A stretch of DNA of 64,000 nt from Trichosphaerium sp. ATCC 40318 (GCA_038496445.1 JALMLS010000505.1:1-64000), one strand, 5' to 3'. Counted from the stretch's first letter, positions 41,119 through 54,410 are shown. A program made the numbers and translations. The notes: generated by a model from the letters alone, not told the origin.

Positions 41119-42491
41119 ATGAACTCAACAGCACAAGGACAAGACCACATAGACTATACACCTCATTCCTTTACAAATGTTCGCGCACCACTATTTAATA
41201 ACGTAAAACGTACGTATTATGCGCGTTTTTATATGTTACAGAAGGGGTTTTCGGGAATGCAACGAATTAACGGCGTATTCAATACTAATCATTCCTCTAA
41301 CATGCTCATTTGATTCTTTGACGTACTAAAATACGTACTAGCTTTACGAGATCTTTCAAAATACACTCCAGAAGAAAGAAAAAGCGCAAGAACTATTTGT
41401 GCTCTAGCCGAGCTTACTTTGGCTGACACAAACCCTCCAATACATCAAAGGCAACGTACTACGTCTACACCACAACAAACGTAAGTAATTCGAATCCCTT
41501 TTTCTTTTTCAGGCAATCCACAAAAACGAAACGTCAAAACGTAAAAAACAAACGTTGAAACCAGTGATTCTTGTTGCAAACAAAAAAAAAAGAAGAACTT
41601 CCTATTTATTTTTGTTCTTCCTGAAACTGTACATGAGAACTTTATATCTGTACCGGAGCTTATGTAATACCTCCGTGATGGCGTATTGTGCCCACCATAT
41701 GATGTACACTTCACGTCAACAGCGGTTCACAACATTTTGTGGATATTTTTTTCGAGTTTTCTGAAAACCAAAACGTTTCGAAGCGACGTCCTTCACGTGT
41801 TGTATAATGGTACTCTAAAAATCTATTGTACCATTTCCTTCACAGTTTTTCGCAGATTATAACGATAAGTGACACTATTTGTCCACTACTAAACTTAGAA
41901 CGTCAAGGACGTCGTATTTTTATTTCTCCGCTTTGCCATTTCAAGGACATTTTTTGGCTTCTTTCCCTTTTGACTCACCTTACTATTTAGTCAAGTTCCT
42001 CAACTACCTCCAATAAGAAATGCAGTACCATTACAAAGACGTCGTAGAAGGGCACACAGCGACGGCGCACCTTATTTTAGAAATGGACCGGCGAACCGTT
42101 TTATTTCCAACTTCCCATCGCCTACTGGCGCTCCTTGTCCTAATTGTCAACGTACAAGCTCAATAATATGGCATAGAACCATGTATAGAGGTGAATGGCT
42201 TGCTTTGTGTAACGCCGTAAGTACTATGAAGCATTTGTTTCCACACGTTTTTCTATTTGTTGATTTTCTTTGTTGTAGTGCCAGAGATGTAAGGAGAAGG
42301 GTACTTTTTGTAGTACATGTGACTTTATTACAACACCTGCTCAATATACAGCTGAATCTGAGTTATGGGCTCCTTGTTGCCGTTGTTATTCTCTCAACCA
42401 TAAGTGCTGTCTAAACACAAATGTATCAGGAAATTTATTCGTATGTAAGAAGTGTACAGACATTGCAAGACAAACTGGACGCTGGCCTTGA
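41119..42491 (+). CDS. GATA-type zinc finger + PHD finger protein
   Basis: CPNCQRTSSIIWHRTMYRGEWLALCNAC directly followed by FCSTC..WAPCCRC..NHKCC..FVCKKC. The 5' end is uncertain. Confidence 0.65.
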
Positions 42492-42892
42492 TTTTGGGCC
42501 AAACAAAAAAAAATCAACTTGGGATTTTTTTTCTTTTGGTCTTTCTTTTGTTTGATCAAACCTTGGTGCAAAAAGTCATTTCAACAAAAGTGGAAATGGT
42601 AGGATTATGTGTGTGTTCGTTACTGTACAGAAAGTGTTAATATTGTAAATAAAATTGTACAGACATTTCTTTGCCATTGTGAAAACTGAACTAGTTCAAA
42701 AAAAAAAAAACTCAACGAGAATACAGAAGCGCTCTCGTGCCACCACTATTTTCAACAAGAATCCTGGAAACAGCATTGATTAACGATTTCTTCAATATCT
42801 TATTAGTATGTAGCTAACCGTGTATCAATTCCTCTTCTACATTTGTGTTTTTTGTTGAATGTTCTTGATAGTATGTAGCCGCTCATTTAATA

Positions 42893-45800
42893 ATGTCCAA
42901 ACGTATTGAAGACGCTCACGTATGGATACCAGAGGCTATTCTAAGGCGTAGAACGAAGCACGTAAGCAAATTAAAATAGATTCTACCAGAATTGTGTTTT
43001 GTATTCATTAGTGGTTGCATTAGAGTAACGTAGAGTATCTTATCAAATGGGAGGGTTATCCGCGTGAACAAGCTACATGGGAGGTTAGAAAATATACAAA
43101 CGCTTAACAACGCGCCAATCACCATTAAATTATTCATAAATAGCGAAACAAGCGGTTTTAAAGTGCTTGTGGCGTAAAATCGTTTAAACTGGCGTAAAAC
43201 GCTCCATAGTTTTCTAACCTGTTTTTTATTAACTGTTTACCCGTCATAGAAGCTAGAAAACCTGCGTTGTGTAAAACTAATTGACAAATTCAATGAAGGT
43301 AAGTAGTTGGAGCACAGATACTTTGAGTGGCTACAAATGTTGCTACAGCGCTTTTAACGGATATCAACGGTTATGGAAGCCTTCTTCATAACCCCTATAA
43401 CTGTATTATGATTGTATAACTGGTTGTAGAGGAAGAAAGAATTCAAGATGACAAGGAGCGAGAGAAAAGAAAAGAAATTATACTGCGTGCTTGGCAAAAA
43501 AACAGTCAAAAAAACAGTCAAAGACACGCTTCTGAACTTGCTGCAGAAAAAGCATGCACTATGCCCAGTTTACCTTTAAAAGACAGTGTGGTTCTACCTA
43601 AAGAATTACTAGAACCGTTCCCTGACAAGGAAGAATACGAACGTTCTTTGGGTTACGTTTCAAAAGGGAAAAGTGTACGTTTGTTTAATCATATGATTCT
43701 CAGAATTTTCTGATTTTGTTGTTTAGGGCAAGAAAATAGCGACTTTGCACGTACTTGTTTTGCAATTTATCTACAAAAACTTTCATCATAAATCTATACA
43801 ATCGAGTATTCCAAATATTACAAGTGTGGAAAAGCAAGATATTCTGAATTACATTGTACCAAGGCAGAAAAAGAAAGAAAAAAACATCTTGACGGTTTGT
43901 ATGCATACCCGCCTTTTTAGCTAATGAACCTAATCTTACATAGCCGATATCATATCTCTACTATCTTCATCGCAGGTATTTAATCTTTAAAAGGGTGGAA
44001 GAATAGCTCATACTAGTGTAGGAAGTGTTGAACTTTTATCGAGCTGGAATGATAGATTTTGTAAAAGATGAATTGCTCAATGCCGTTTGTACTCAATGTC
44101 CAAGATTGAAGCTTCTTAATATTCGTACAGCAGTACGTTGAATATTTTGGAGGCGAACAAAATAACTTATTCTATACCCTTAGAGGAACATCAACTATAG
44201 TGTCATTGCTAAAGCGTTTAAGCAAGTATGTACTGCTTTCTTTTTTTTTCCGTTCAGCCTGTTTTTTACTGAAGTATTTGATTCAAGCTGATGCACCTGG
44301 ACCTACGTGGTTCTGATTTCAGTAAAAACGACTTGAAAAAGTTATGTACTGTACTTGGGCCAAGGTATGATTTAACTCTTTAAACTTATGTCTTACTTAC
44401 ACCAATTAAGGTTGATGGTTTTAAGGATGTCAGGAGTAGAACTTTCTGAAAGTGACTCGAAGATTATCGCCCCAAAGTTTACCAAATTAAAGTGCTTGAG
44501 TCTCGAGAAATGTTGTAGTATTTATGAAGAAGTGCTACCTTGGCTTCAGACAACTGTACTAGAAGAATTAGATTTATCAGGATGTAAATGTATTAAAGAA
44601 AAAGATCAATACATTAAATACGAAAAAAAAGCGCCCAGCTATATTGCAACATGGGGAGCACAAACAAAAGTACGCTCTTATATACCAGCATCGAAGAGTT
44701 TGAGAAAATTACGATTATCTGAAGGTACCAACAACAAAGATTTAAGAGGTTTTTTGTTTAACTTGTTCACAAAAAAGGTGGTGGTTATGATGGCTGGAGG
44801 ATGATTATGATGCTTTTTGCTAGCCAACATTTAAAATGGGAACAAATGAGAACCTTAGATATGACGAAGCTCACAAAGGGAACGTATGTTGATGCGTATT
44901 AACAAGATTTTTGGTTTTTTCTCAGAACTTTGCTAAAATTCTTGTACTTTGAAATTAGTCACGTGATTTTACAAAACCAAGTTAACGTTCTTGTTATCCA
45001 GGTGGTGTCGTTTGGGAAATTTATTTCAATCCGTTCCTGGACTTGAAAGACTTAATGTAAGTGTTGATAGAGATAAACATCTTCTTGATGAGAAAGCTGC
45101 GATCAGATGTATTCTTGATGCTTCTAAGTATTGCCCTAACCTTAACCATCTTTCTTTTACAAATATAGCCAACATATTGGATGCCATGCTTGATGTAAAT
45201 CCAGATATGCCTATTCGTCATATAGACTTTAAAAGTACTCAATCTTCTTGGCTTTATTTGAGTTTTGGAAAACTATGTACAAGAAAGTCAGTTTCACACT
45301 TGGAAACATTTGATACAAAGCCACTTCATATTACCTTAACAGATGATAAAAAAATTAATTGGGTATGTACTTTTAAGGTAATAGTATGTTTTGATGTTAA
45401 AGTTGGTGCTTTTTCTTTAGAGTGAAAAGACATTTTATCCTGCAACAAAAGTTAAAGTACTAAATGTTTATGCGCCTGTAAATTGTAACGAGGTATGTAT
45501 TTGATTTGGATGTAGTAATGCCTTACAACATATTGGATAAGTCATGGTTTTTTTTCTGATACTGGTAGGGAACACCGTTTTATAGAGCTATAACAGAGAC
45601 ATTTTATGGAGTGAGGTAAAACATAAAACACAAAAAAACCTAACGAAGTTTATCATATAATGGTTTTGTAACTAGGGAATTACATCTCAAGGGTTGTACA
45701 GTATCTGCTGGAACGATGAAGACGATATTAAAATCATGCACTAGACTTGTTAATCTTGGTCTTACAAGTTTATTCGCAACTGATCCAAAGAATGAGAGTT

Positions 45801-46269
45801 GGTCAGAGCTAGATTTTAGCAACTTGCTACAACTTGATATTTGTGAGTTAATACCATTTTGTATTGTTACTGACACCCTGTATTTATATAGCCTTTACAA
45901 CGTCTCTCTTTCCAGATTACTTACATAGTATACTTGCACGTTCTTCAAAACTTGTGAAGCTCAAAGCACAGTTTATAGAATTTGGTCCTTGTATGTTTAA
46001 ATATGTGTTACAAGAGCTCTTTATTGTTTACTTCTTGGAATGTCTTGTTAATGCTCGTTAGGGTTAGCAACTATCATACATAGTATACCATCATTAAAAG
46101 AAGCAGACTTAATTGGTAACCAATGTACAAGCCCTTTTTTTGTTTTGCTTACCTTGTAGCTTTACTAACAAATGCCTTTTTTAGCTTTTTATGATACAGA
46201 ATTCTTAACAGAATTGGTAAAATGTCCCAATAAGAACTTGAAAAAAGTGTACATATCAGACGCCTATGA
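42893..46269 (+). CDS. Chromodomain + RNI-like leucine-rich repeat protein
   Basis: WIPEAILRRR..VEYLIKWEGYPREQATWEKLENL; many LRRs (LKCLSLEKC, LEELDLSGC, CPNLNHLSF, LHLKGC). Confidence 0.8.
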
Positions 46270-46635
46270 ACTAAACCAATTGGAAGGTACATTAATGAAA
46301 GAATTTTAATTATGAAAAAAAACGACAAAGAAAAGGTAGTCAAGTTGTTGAACCATAAATGACTTGCCCAGACTAAATTATAAGCTGGTTAACACGTGTC
46401 ATAATAGCACATTCGTGCTTGAAACCACTTGATTGCCAATAACGAAATAATGTTGTTAAAGTAGTTTAAAGCTAAATTGTTTGTTTAGTGAAAACTCTTT
46501 TTGAAGAAGAACTTTACCAGAGCCATGTTAAATTCATAGAAGTTGATTATTGGAAGTAATTGTTATTGAATACCAACATAACTATAACATATTATAAAGA
46601 GCATAATAAATATTTCTTGCAGAGGTGTAAGGGAG

Positions 46636-46874
46636 GGATTTGACTTGAAATAGCGCTATTTTGTACTGGCACTAAGCCTGATTTTTCGGGACGGTTTGTG
46701 AACATAGTAGCCTATTTTGAAACGCTGCACGCTATACTACTAGTGTATCCTTATGGCTTACTTTACGTGAGCAAAAGTACAGAAAGTCACATGCGTACTA
46801 CAATTCATAGTGACCTTTTAAATAAAAAGCATGCTTAGCGTTAAAATAAAATAGCACTATTTCAGGTCAAATCC
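46636..46874. mobile_element. Small MITE with 27-bp terminal inverted repeats
   Basis: GGATTTGACTTGAAATAGCGCTATTTT (46636-46662) versus the reverse complement of 46848-46874, GGATTTGACCTGAAATAGTGCTATTTT (25/27). Non-coding interior. Confidence 0.65.
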
Positions 46875-47160
46875 ATCGCCATTTGTATGTTTGTGCTTTA
46901 AATATTTATAGCCTTGTTATTTAATATTACGGTATTCCTTGAAACGTTAAAGTACAAAACTATGCTGGTAAAAGCCTCACAAAGACTATACAGTATTAAT
47001 ATTCATTTAGAAAGAAACAACTTGTTATTTGTCAACATCTCCTTTTTTATGCACTCTTGACAGTTTTTTTATGCCAGTTGCTGTAACATACAAACTCTGC
47101 TTGTTAATTGTAAAGGTACGCTGGATCTCCTGAATATAAAAGGAGGTTTATTGTTTTATG

Positions 47161-48196
47161 TTACTTATTTAATCCAAACCAAGATTGAATGGCTGAGAAA
47201 AATGAGCCATGGTTTTCTGAAGTTGTACCATCTTTCTCAGAAGGTATTTTCTCTAAATGGCGTCCTGCCTTCACACAAACATCTTCAGCACGGCTGATCA
47301 TTTCATCAAACATCTCAAAAACGCCAGTGCCCTGTTAAAAGAAAATCAGAAAAGGGAAGAATACAGAAAGAACGTTTTCTTATTTTTTTCTCGTACTTCT
47401 TTTGCACTGACTTCAAAATATGAAACACCCCAAAAGTCTGCCAACTCGCGTCCTTCTTTTGTCGATACCTCTCGTTTATCTTTTAAATCTATTTTGTTGC
47501 CTACAATGGCAATACAACATTGTTGATCTTTTGTTAACTCCATCACCTTTTCATACTTTGCTACTCTTTCAAACGTGTTTCGTTGTGTGACGTCAAACAC
47601 AACAAATGCTATGTGGCTTCCTCTACTGTATACTATAAATTAAGTTAATATGTATTGTATACTAGAAGGTACTACCAAGAGTGGATATTCCCCGCTCTCG
47701 TCCAGAAGTACTAAAAAAAAATAAGGTTTCGTTCACCTGGATTTTAAACTAATACGTACTCCCATATTTGAAGTTTGATATCATTAATCACTTTCCCTTT
47801 TGTGTGTTTAAAGAACTAACATCGCGTTTAGATTATATTCCGGGCTCTATTATGACAATTGTTTGAAGGACAACAAGAACATGAAGATGTAACGTGTTGC
47901 AAAATAAAAAGTAGGTTCCAAGCACGTGTATTTTTTTTTGTTCCCGTGGAAGCAATTTCAAACTACAACGTACGAAATCTACGCCAATGTTCAATCGCCT
48001 ATCCGAGAATGTGTTTTCAACATATCTTCTTATGATCGATGATTTACCTGTCCGCATACCTGGTGGATAGTCAACAACATTGTAATAAAGCTACTTAACT
48101 TCTAAACACAGTACCTGTATCGCCTAAAAGTACTAGTTTTGTTCCGACTGTCTTTTGTCCATAATTTCGTGGTGTATTAGCGGTTCCCTTCGGCAT
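47161..48196 (-). CDS. Atypical Rab-like GTPase (paralogue B)
   Basis: MPKGTAN start, GKSSIIRRY, NIGVDF, WDTSGRER; central exon nearly identical to paralogue A; ends QSWFGLNK*. Confidence 0.85.
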
Positions 48197-48738
48197 TGGT
48201 AGGTTTTGTGGCTGGTTTTATTTGAAAAGTTGAAACGATGCTTGCAGAATATCGTTGACTGTACTCGTTGTGTTTTGTGTACGTAACCATTTAGTTTTGG
48301 TTAAACATACGGAGTATTTGCGTGTACAGCAGAGCTTATGTCAAAACAACGCCAAGTCATTGCATATCAAAGGTAAATACACTATGTTTATTCGGTGGTT
48401 TAAAACTTATCCCAACTTTTTCTTCCATCAATTGAAAGATTAATCATGTTTACACTAATCGTTATAAGCACGTGATAGAGTGAAGAAAAACGTAACCTTG
48501 TTCTCAAGTCAGTAGCATGCAATAGTTCTATGTTAATGACAATGATCTGCACACAGCAAACTTGGCGACTTAAACTTTGGTTTATAGTTTTTATAGCTTA
48601 AACTGAAGGTTCTGCAACACTACAACGCTTTGGTTATGTGAGTTTCTTTAATAGTACATAGTTCCATTACAACACTGTTATTGCAAACTGTTGTAAAATA
48701 ATATTACCAACATGCAGAGCTGTTCTTAGTTTTTTCCT

Positions 48739-49817
48739 TCAGATTTTTGTTTTTTTATTCGCCTCTTTTTCTTTGGCTTAGAAGCACTCCCTTCATCTTC
48801 GTTTTTCCTCTTGTTATTACTATTCTTTTTAAAATTACGTGTGAGTTCACCATTAACCATTGCTAATACAACTCTATCTTGTAAGTCGACAACTTTGCCC
48901 TTTGTTGGTAGCCCTTAAAAAGAAAAAGTAAGCTTAAGCATCAACAAGTTTTAGGTCTATGTGAAGTTTTTTTAACAAAGTTGTTTTACCTGCACTTGAA
49001 AGAACTTGTTTCAATTGTTTACTATTCATCTGAGATATTGCCAAGTCTTGTTCATATCTTATAAATGAATAAGCCTTTAAACGCTTTTCCACTTCAATTG
49101 GAAGTGTCATGTGATTCCAGAGTATGTCACTATCTATGATAAACTTTGCACATATTACCTAATCACATGTGAGCAAAATAAATATAATCTCAGTAGTCAC
49201 GTGATACATACAGACAACGAAGAAATTCTAGAGTCACTTTTTCTTTCTCCTTCATCAATCAAATCTAAATTCCTTTCAAGCTTCGTTTGCCGTTGTAATC
49301 CAACCAATTTGGCCACTTTGTACTTTGTAGATATAAGATCATGTTGATTAGAATCACTAACAAGCTCCCAACCCTAGAAAAGTAATTCAGTACACAAGGA
49401 AAAGTAACTAACTATTCTAACTTTGACTTTTTTTTTTCTGACATTTCACGTACTTCACAGCTTTCAAATCCAAAATATGCGGTTGGTTTAAGTTTCCTTG
49501 TTGGACCTGCACGCTTTACAGCACCTTTAATTATTAAAGTAGCGTCTGTGTCTTTTAGGCAATCAATATGATACCAATAACTGCTCTGTGCTGAACCTGT
49601 TGTAAAGTAAGTAATTACACGTTTGTTTGACACTTACCTCCCGAAAAATGTCCTGAAAAGCCAAACCTTACCTCGCCAACCATAAAATTGGCTTTACAAG
49701 TACGACATCTTGCTCTTTAACGCATTTTTAACCATTTTTCTTTCAAATAACAGTAAATTGTCAGTACCGCGTGTTTCTTGCTTTCTCGAACCTCCATTGA
49801 ATACTATTTGTTCTCAT
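48739..49817 (-). CDS. PARP-type zinc finger (zf-PARP) + SAP domain protein
   Basis: EKARNTRARCRTCK..GEVRFG..YWYHIDC; ISQMNSKQLKQVLSSAGLPTKGKVVDLQDRV (SAP); NLS-like PKKKRR. Confidence 0.75.
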
Positions 49818-50071
49818 GCTTTAGCGATGGTTTTAAATACGGAGTTTCAGGTAGAACTTAACCATTTTAGAGCTTAAGTAATGCTATGAAAAGTTCACAA
49901 CAATTCGTTTTAGGAAGGACTTTTTTGAAGAAAATGAAGAGTACGTTATAGCTGTTATAGCGTTCTTTGAGCTTATGAATCTACGAGCACATCTTGTGCG
50001 CCTTTGTGGAACTGGGCCGGGTTACTGTTACAGAACAGATTTATTTTATTAGTTTTACTGTAGTCCGTGAC

Positions 50072-52058
50072 TCATACGTTCTGATTAGTGGTCTCCAAGC
50101 TTTGATTATGAGTATGAGAGGTAACAGTTGACGTCTTAGAATTGACATTACCACTTGTACGGTTTGTCTTATTGCTTGATTTCTTGCTGAACAATGTAGA
50201 GATGTGTAGTGTACTGATAAGTAAAAATGCATACATAGTTAAACATAGCACAATAACTCTACCAACAGGGGATCTTCTCGCTGTGTTTCCAATAAAAATA
50301 TAGCCAAAAGTGACAATCGTGTAAAAGAATAATAGCATAGCCATAGCAAGAGATTTATACATGATCTACAAATTGAGTTAGAACAGCAAAAAAAAAAAGA
50401 AGAAAAAAACTGGAAAAACATTATTAGCTAACGCGTACAATTCGTAGATGTTTTACGTTTGCTGTGCGTGCAAGGCGCCTTGTTCTATATGTAACTCGAA
50501 CAGCTGTTATCGCAAAGAAAACACAAACAGCGACAAGAATAATAGATAGAACAATGTAGGAAATCGAGTTTGGGAAAGCAGACTTAAACAACGGTCAGTG
50601 AATGATACTAGACCTTAAACTTACCACAAAAGCGCCTAGCGTGGCAGCAAGCATTAGGAATAAAAATACACCGAAAAGTATAGCCATAGTTCCTTTGTAT
50701 CTACTCAAGAACATGTTGACGTTAACCTTGCTATTCTTTAGGAGTTTATGCCAGTACATAGTAACTAGCATGAGAGCACTTAATGCAAATGTATTTGCAA
50801 GAAAAATTAAGAACTGTGATACTGAAGCCGGATATATTCTCTTTGAATCCCAAGGATCGACTCCGTATAATATAACTCGAGCTATGTAACTTGTTAGTAA
50901 CAGCAAATAAGTCAAAAAAAATCGTTGTAGATATAATTGTTTTGAACCAAAAAACACGGTCTTGCTTACTGATATTATTTAGTACTTCTAGTGTAAGAAC
51001 TATCATCGGTACGCTGAAGTTTTTAGTTGGAGATTTGTAACCAAGAAACAGCTTGTACAGCGCATAAATCTTAAAGCAAAATAAGAAAAAAATACGATAT
51101 TCAGTAAAGCAAAAGCAAACATACAATATTAAGGCTCGCCCATAACCCCATTACTCCGTGGACACTTAAAGCAAACATTTTACTAGCATACATCTTAACG
51201 AAAGGGTTTTCTTCTAAAGAAAGAAATGAGAACCGCTTGACATCGGTTTCAAAACATACCCGGATAAACAGTAGCATTTTCACATGTTTTATTTGCCATT
51301 GCCACTTTAATCCACTCCACGTCTTCAGCTAATTGTAGCGTTAATCTAAAAACTCTCTTACGGAAAGCCTCTTCGAGGCCAAGATATCGTACGGTCAACT
51401 TCAACGGTTGGTACTGTTAAGTCATCATTAGATGATCCGTCAGTTGTCATGTACCCTAAAAATAATTTGTCAACTCACAACACATTTATTGTGTTCACCT
51501 ACCTTGCCCATATGAATCATCTGATATTATTAACGCCAACAGACCCGGTATTTGGTGATAAGGCCTTATTACATCAGTATATGCGATGACAAACTCGAAC
51601 ACTTTTTTTTTTTTGAAGTTTACCTTACAAGCGCTTCTATTGTGTTTTCATTACCACGTTCAATAATAAGGATTTTTCCAGTCAAGTCAGTAGCTGTATG
51701 GTTAAACGTCAAAGATCCCTTCACGGAAGTCCATTCACCAACGCCAGAAAACCTATAACAAAATTAGTACTTGTTCTCCCAAATCACGTTTTTTGGGTTC
51801 GGCTTTTTTTTTATTGGCGCTTGCCAATACAGCACACACCGTGATGTAGCTTTAAAAAAATACTTCCAAATTGAAATTTACTTACGGATAATTTATTGAG
51901 GGTGCTTCAACCCCGCCGCACGTCAGAGCGCATAAAGCTGTACTACAATACATGCTTATAATCTATTAAAATATAAATTAACTAAGCCCAAATTCTAATC
52001 CTTCAAACTTTTTACTTACAACACAGAAGGCAATAGTAGTAATAGTTCCCAAACGCAT
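50072..52058 (-). CDS. Signal peptide + PA-like domain + seven-transmembrane (GPCR-like) protein
   Basis: DLTGKILIIERG..VPTVEV (PA-like), about 7 hydrophobic segments including RVILYGVDP and LVTMYW, Ser/Thr-rich cytoplasmic tail. Confidence 0.6.
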
Positions 52059-52820
52059 TATATTTTCTAAAAACGTTAACGTGTGTTCGGGTTGGAATAG
52101 TCAGTTTTTTTTGAACTTAACGTTTTTCTCCGTGCGAAGCACGTGCAGTTCTTGCAGGTTTTATACATTGTCGAATCATCTCCGGGAAACAAGTAATATT
52201 GCGGCATCAATTCACCTCACTGCATGGCGAAGTACAAAATTTTATAGCGGGGTTTAAAGAGCATTTGACACACAATAAGAACTTCCTCAAAGAACCCAAA
52301 TTGTATAATGGTTTTTTTTGCTTGTGCTAACAGAATGACAACAGTTACAAGCGAACGTTGATTGGTTCACAACAGTGACTCGGCTCCCTCGGGCGTTATT
52401 GGGAGATAATCCTGAGCTTATTTGTCCTTTTTCAACCACGTTTGGGTCATGTGGTTGATAACAAATTCCAAAATGACCGCTCTTGTCTTACTCATCTTAC
52501 TTCGACACTGGGTATAAAATACACTTTCGTACCTGTACACCTTCATACTCCTTGAAGTACAACTACATTGTTCCACTGTATTGTTAGCTAATAGCAAAGA
52601 GCTATTTTGAAACGTGTACAGCACGTGAGACACATTGTTCAGGCAAATTTATTTGCTCTAAAAAAAGAAAACAACCACAAAGCAAACAATGTTGTTAAAT
52701 AAGGGTAAATTTTATACATAATACAAGTTATTTACAAAAGGGATTAGCCAAGCGTGAAGTAATTTCTGCAGGCTCTACACCTGTCTTATTTTTTTTGGCT
52801 AATCCATCCAAGACTGATTT

Positions 52821-54410
52821 TTAATTCGGTGATGACTTTCGGCATCTTGCCAAAAACTTAAACTCGTCGCCACGCATTGAAGATCTGTATTTTTTTCTCG
52901 GGTTGTTTATGTGCATACCTGCTATAAGAAAGTCTAAAACATTCCTAGCAGTATCAGGAGATTGTTTGTTATCAACAAAGAATACTTCAAGCTGAATATG
53001 TCGTAAGAAGTTTCGGAGTTGTTGTTCTTCTTTAGGTCTGAGTAGATCAACTTTTGTTACAATAAGACATACAATACTCACTATAAAATATAAAACGTCA
53101 GTAACGCTCAAGATACACGAGAGTATGATATTGAAAAACAAAAAAAAAATGCCGACATTGTTTTTGTAGAGTGGCTTGTTTTTTTGTTGATGAATCGTAA
53201 GGAATGCTAGGAAGCGGATCGAGACCTCAACGTACGTGAAAAGGGAACTTGTGATAATAAAACATTTAGCCATTGAATATGACCTAGTCTGTTACTGTCA
53301 CGTCTACAAGGTATCTCTTTAGCGCCAAACTATGATTTTAAACTGTTTGTTACTTACTTTACGAACCGATTTTTTATCCTCCCAGAGAAGCTAGAAAACA
53401 TTCTATGGTATCTTCTCACTCGTTTTGATAGTTTTGTAGCGTCTACAAATATTGCCGCTGAGTCTGGCTTGTGACTTGATTCAATTGAGAAATCATAAGC
53501 ATATGGCGATTTACGCTGTCCTACATGTGCTTCATAGTCCTTGTAGTCTACAAGAAAAAGGTAAGAAGAAATTCTCGTCTCACTCTGTTATCGTAACAAT
53601 TAAAAAAAAGAACTGCAGTTCCTAATAATGCTACAGTAACACTATGACGTCAGTTTTCTCGCGGAGTGTACGCACCAAATCGTGTGCTTAGTCCTTGTTT
53701 ACATAACTTCGATATTAATAGTGATGTGGCCGCGCTGGAGGCTTTTATGATGATAAGCCACGTATTCTATTTTTTTAATCTTTTTTTTATGGCGTACCAC
53801 TGCCAAGAGAGGATATATCAATACCAGGTAGATCATATATCTTAAAAAGGTCATCGTATACACGGAATGAAAGCGGCATAGTACAACCGCTTGGATTCAT
53901 TTTTACACGTGAATCAGAACTAAGAACAGGATCTAGCGCTTGCTATTGATAGTTTAATTAGAATACAGTGGGTTATTACAATAAAATAAAATGTGATGAG
54001 AAGTTCTGAAAAGCAGCTACACAAGATACCGTAGAACGAATGGAATTACTCTTGTTTTTAAAAGCTAGAAGGAAAATAAACAGTGTTCTTTTGGTACATA
54101 AACGTATGTGCAGGTCATGAACAGCTACTACTTTTCATAAAAAACGTGTTTAATGTTTAACACCCTTTTTATAACAAATAAACGTTCATTGTTGATCACT
54201 AAGCTGTGAAATAGATTTTATTCTTTTATGGCGTACCATGAAGCTTGTTTTGCCGCTTCCTTCGTCCCCTAGTAATACTACCTTGTACGCATTTACAAGC
54301 TCCATTGTAGCGTTAGAACTTTTAACAAGACTGCGCTTTGTTAAGCCACTTTGATTAATGAATTGACAAGTTACAGAAGAAGGAGTACCACAACTACGCG
54401 ACCTTGACAT
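52821..54410 (-). CDS. TRAFAC-class P-loop GTPase of unclear family
   Basis: KVVLLGDEGSGKTSF (G1), IYDLPG (G3), AIFVDAT, LIVTKVD (G4). Confidence 0.65.
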
